Source: an uncultured delta proteobacterium | GTDB taxonomy: Bacteria; Myxococcota_A; UBA9160; UBA4427 | NCBI GenBank assembly: GCA_963822965.1 | Contig: CAWGJT010000012.1 | Coordinates: 448,001-512,000, forward strand | Direction: 5' to 3' | Length of the DNA stretch: 64,000 bases | In this document: in pieces, positions 62,966-64,000 of the stretch | Layout of the letters: each line of letters opens with the position of its first letter | Numbering within the stretch: the first letter of the stretch is position 1 | Program-made: the position numbers and the translations under genes | The notes under the pieces: generated by a model | Databases searched by the model: none | What the model saw: the letters and a program-made list of their open reading frames with translations, nothing else | Told to the model about the DNA's origin: nothing

Positions 62966-63021
62966 GACTCGCTTCCTCCCCGCAGGCTCGCGGGGGGACC
63001 CAGCTTAGCCCGACGAGGCGC

Positions 63022-63288
63022 TCAGTCGTAGCGCCGCCAGTACAGCGCGCTCTTGTAGGCCGACCAGACGCAGACGGCGTGGACGAGGAAGCCGGGCAGG
63101 AGCACCGCCGAGTACGCGAAGCAGGTGCCCAGGAACCAGAGCGCGCCGGCGAGCAGCCGGCCTGCGTACAGCTGCCCCAGGCCGGGGATCAGCACCGACA
63201 GCACCGCCGCGATGCCCGGGCTCGGCGCGCGCTGAACGCCGTAGCCCCCGTACTCTCGCTCCATCTCGTACTCGTACCCCATGGGCAT
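63022..63288 (-). CDS. Small membrane protein (TM2/DUF5683-like)
   Basis: SPGIAAVLSVLIPGLGQLYAG motif plus TM helices. GAGGAG RBS. Confidence 0.8.
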   Translation of the reverse strand: MPMGYEYEMEREYGGYGVQRAPSPGIAAVLSVLIPGLGQLYAGRLLAGALWFLGTCFAYSAVLLPGFLVHAVCVWSAYKSALYWRRYD

Positions 63289-63404
63289 TCTCCTCTCGTG
63301 GCTCGCTTGGTCGCTCGCTTGGCCGTAGCTCGCGTGGCGCATGGCCGTCGTCCTCGTCCCCTCTCGCGTACCCGGCCCCGCGCCCCGATCTCCTCCGACT
63401 CCTC

Positions 63405-63449
63405 TCCGACCTGTCCTCCGACCTGTCCTCCCACCTGTCTTCCCACCTG
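63405..63449. repeat. Imperfect 12-bp tandem repeat, ~4 copies
   Basis: tccgacctgtcc tccgacctgtcc tcccacctgtct tcccacctg. Confidence 0.75.
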
Positions 63450-63657
63450 CAGAGCAAGCAGCGTGCCGGGCGTGGCGCCCGCGAGACCGGCCTGGGCGGG
63501 GGTCCCGGAGCGGGCGCTCCGCAAGCCCGCCACGGCAGTGCAGCAATCGGGCTGCATCGCGGGCCTCGATCCCCCGCGGGACGGTCGTCGTCCGCTTTGC
63601 GGCTGGGGAAGGCGTCGGCGACACTCGCGCTCCCCCTGGAAAGGCCCGCCGACCCCG

Positions 63658-64000
63658 ATGCAGAGCCGCCTGCCCCACGACGTCCCGGGAGCCTCCCGAC
63701 CGGCGCGATCTGCGCTTCTCGCGCTGCTCGCCGGGTCGCTGCTGCTGGCATGCGCGGGCGGACCGGCCCGGCAGGCCCCGCCCGCCCCCGCGCCGGAGGC
63801 CGAGCCGGCCGCCATCCTGGGCCCGCCCCGGCAGCTCACCTTCGAGGGACGCCGCAGCGGCGAGGGCTACTTCAGCCAGGACGGCTCGATGCTGGTGTTC
63901 CAGAGCGAGCGCGAGGCCGGCAACCCCTTCTACCAGATCTACCTGATGGACCTGGAGACGGGCCGGGTCGAGCGGGCGTCGCCGGGGCGGGGCAAGACCA
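63658..64000 (+). CDS. Lipoprotein with TolB-like PD40 repeats, 5' part; runs off the right edge
   Basis: Manual translation: lipobox LLAC, then RQLTFEGRRSGEGYFSQDGSMLVFQSERE..NPFYQIY. Confidence 0.85.
   Translation, partial: MQSRLPHDVPGASRPARSALLALLAGSLLLACAGGPARQAPPAPAPEAEPAAILGPPRQLTFEGRRSGEGYFSQDGSMLVFQSEREAGNPFYQIYLMDLETGRVERASPGRGKT

Overview
High-GC bacterial chromosomal segment of about 55 genes. It is probably from a Myxococcota-like or deltaproteobacterial metagenome assembly; that is inferred from gene content, not tested. Housekeeping and metabolic genes include nrdJ (partial), npdG, glnE, gor, nth, cysE, amtB-glnK, argD, a DAHP synthase, a P450 and several acyl-CoA enzymes. They flank a ~19 kb surface-glycan locus (25.4-44.1 kb) containing wzm/wzt, a giant sulfotransferase/coiled-coil/glycosyltransferase protein, an exosortase-EpsI fusion, an FG-GAP propeller protein and a low-GC 1009-aa secreted protein. 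Most notable: (1) a cobalamin riboswitch in front of a lone PEP-CTERM protein with a transcobalamin/DUF4430-like motif pattern, a candidate exosortase-anchored surface B12-capture protein; (2) a single-polypeptide candidate glycan cap/ruler/polymerase with a sulfotransferase-family head, next to a CBM-bearing Wzt; (3) a ~520 bp palindromic intergenic element made of two inverted copies whose stems differ in sequence but each pair perfectly; (4) a ~740 nt nrdJ leader with an NrdR box and a polypurine tract. Many genes carry +1 frameshifts in which both synonymous wobble bases sit side by side, most likely a consensus artefact from mixed strains. No rRNA, tRNA, CRISPR array, transposase or integrase was recognised.
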